A stretch of DNA of 64,000 bases from Malacoraja senta (Eukaryota). Where the stretch lies: positions 27,778,001 through 27,842,000 of the forward strand of contig CM075987.1 in assembly GCA_038087875.1 (NCBI GenBank). Direction: 5' to 3'. A program made the translations under genes and the position numbers. Position 1 is the stretch's first letter. The number at the start of each line of letters is the position of its first letter. Under the pieces are notes generated by a model. The model was not told the origin of the DNA and searched no databases. It saw only the letters and a program-made list of their open reading frames with translations. Shown in pieces: positions 63,503-64,000 of this stretch.

Positions 63503-63833
63503 ACGGTGTACCCTGGTTATTACGGACTTCATTATAACGGATTTTGGTTATAGCGGATAAAATCTGTAGCAACCGAGGCATCTTGCGTATCGGGAACAAA
63601 TGACTGAGTTTGTTGTATCATGTTGTGACCGCAATGTGGTTGGAGCGAATCTTGTCTGTCTGTGTTTACTGTTCCCATTTATTGTGTGTCTTGTTTAGTG
63701 TATGTTTATTGGCTGTTTTTCCAATACTGGAAATATTTACCCCCCCCTCCTTACTTGGTTATAGCAGACAATCGGCAATAATGGACACCATTCCCCCCCC
63801 CCCCCCGTAGCCAGTTCTAATAAGGGTTATCTG
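63503..63833. mobile_element. Decayed Tc1/mariner (Tigger/pogo-like) MITE; right halves also at about 11679-11883 and 13538-13731
   Basis: TA-flanked imperfect TIRs (CGGTGTACCC...GGGTTATCTG). The internal TATGTTTAT...TTGGTT(A/G)TAGCAGA..ATCGGCAA segment is shared with the copies that end in AGGGTTTACTG-TA. Confidence 0.55.
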
Positions 63834-64000
63834 TACTACGTTGCACCACGGCCATTCCCTCTACTTCACTCTCCCACCGGGCAAAAGGTACAGAAGTGTG
63901 AAAACGCACACCTCCAGATTCAGGGACAGTTTGTTCCCAGCTGTTGTCAGGCAACTGAATCATTCTACCACAACCCGAGAGCAGTGCTGAACTATTATCT

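Noticed and set aside
57077..64000. Further BSPRY exons
   Set aside because: No sequence resembling the coiled-coil or SPRY exons was found by eye; they probably lie beyond the window.

Overview
Repeat-dense vertebrate genomic DNA. The repeat set (CR1 LINEs, HE1/V-type tRNA-derived SINEs, Penelope-like elements) suggests a cartilaginous fish, probably a skate or ray; this is inference. I can reconstruct three protein-coding loci. (1) A complete 9-coding-exon WDR31 on the minus strand (30007-18459), with an apparent +1 frameshift in a homopolymer of coding exon 8. (2) A GM2-activator-like gene on the minus strand (about 48300-41880) that keeps all 8 family cysteines. (3) The probable first coding exon of BSPRY on the plus strand (56906-57076), with a degenerate B-box. 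A full-length CR1 LINE with two intact ORFs (30648-35256, TSD TTACA) is nested three deep upstream of the WDR31 start-codon exon. Two features are not explained by these genes. First, many Penelope-derived ~130-nt units begin at a minimal hammerhead-ribozyme core; some are TSD-bounded, some form inverted pairs, and some form 66-bp arrays. Second, a duplicated cassette bounded by inverted repeats (13146-13537 and about 14440-14762) carries a histone-type 3' stem-loop plus a U7/HDE motif, below a TATA/CCAAT/E2F promoter, with no histone ORF. There is one 200-N assembly gap. Gene identities come from recalled protein sequences, not database searches, and most repeat boundaries are approximate.
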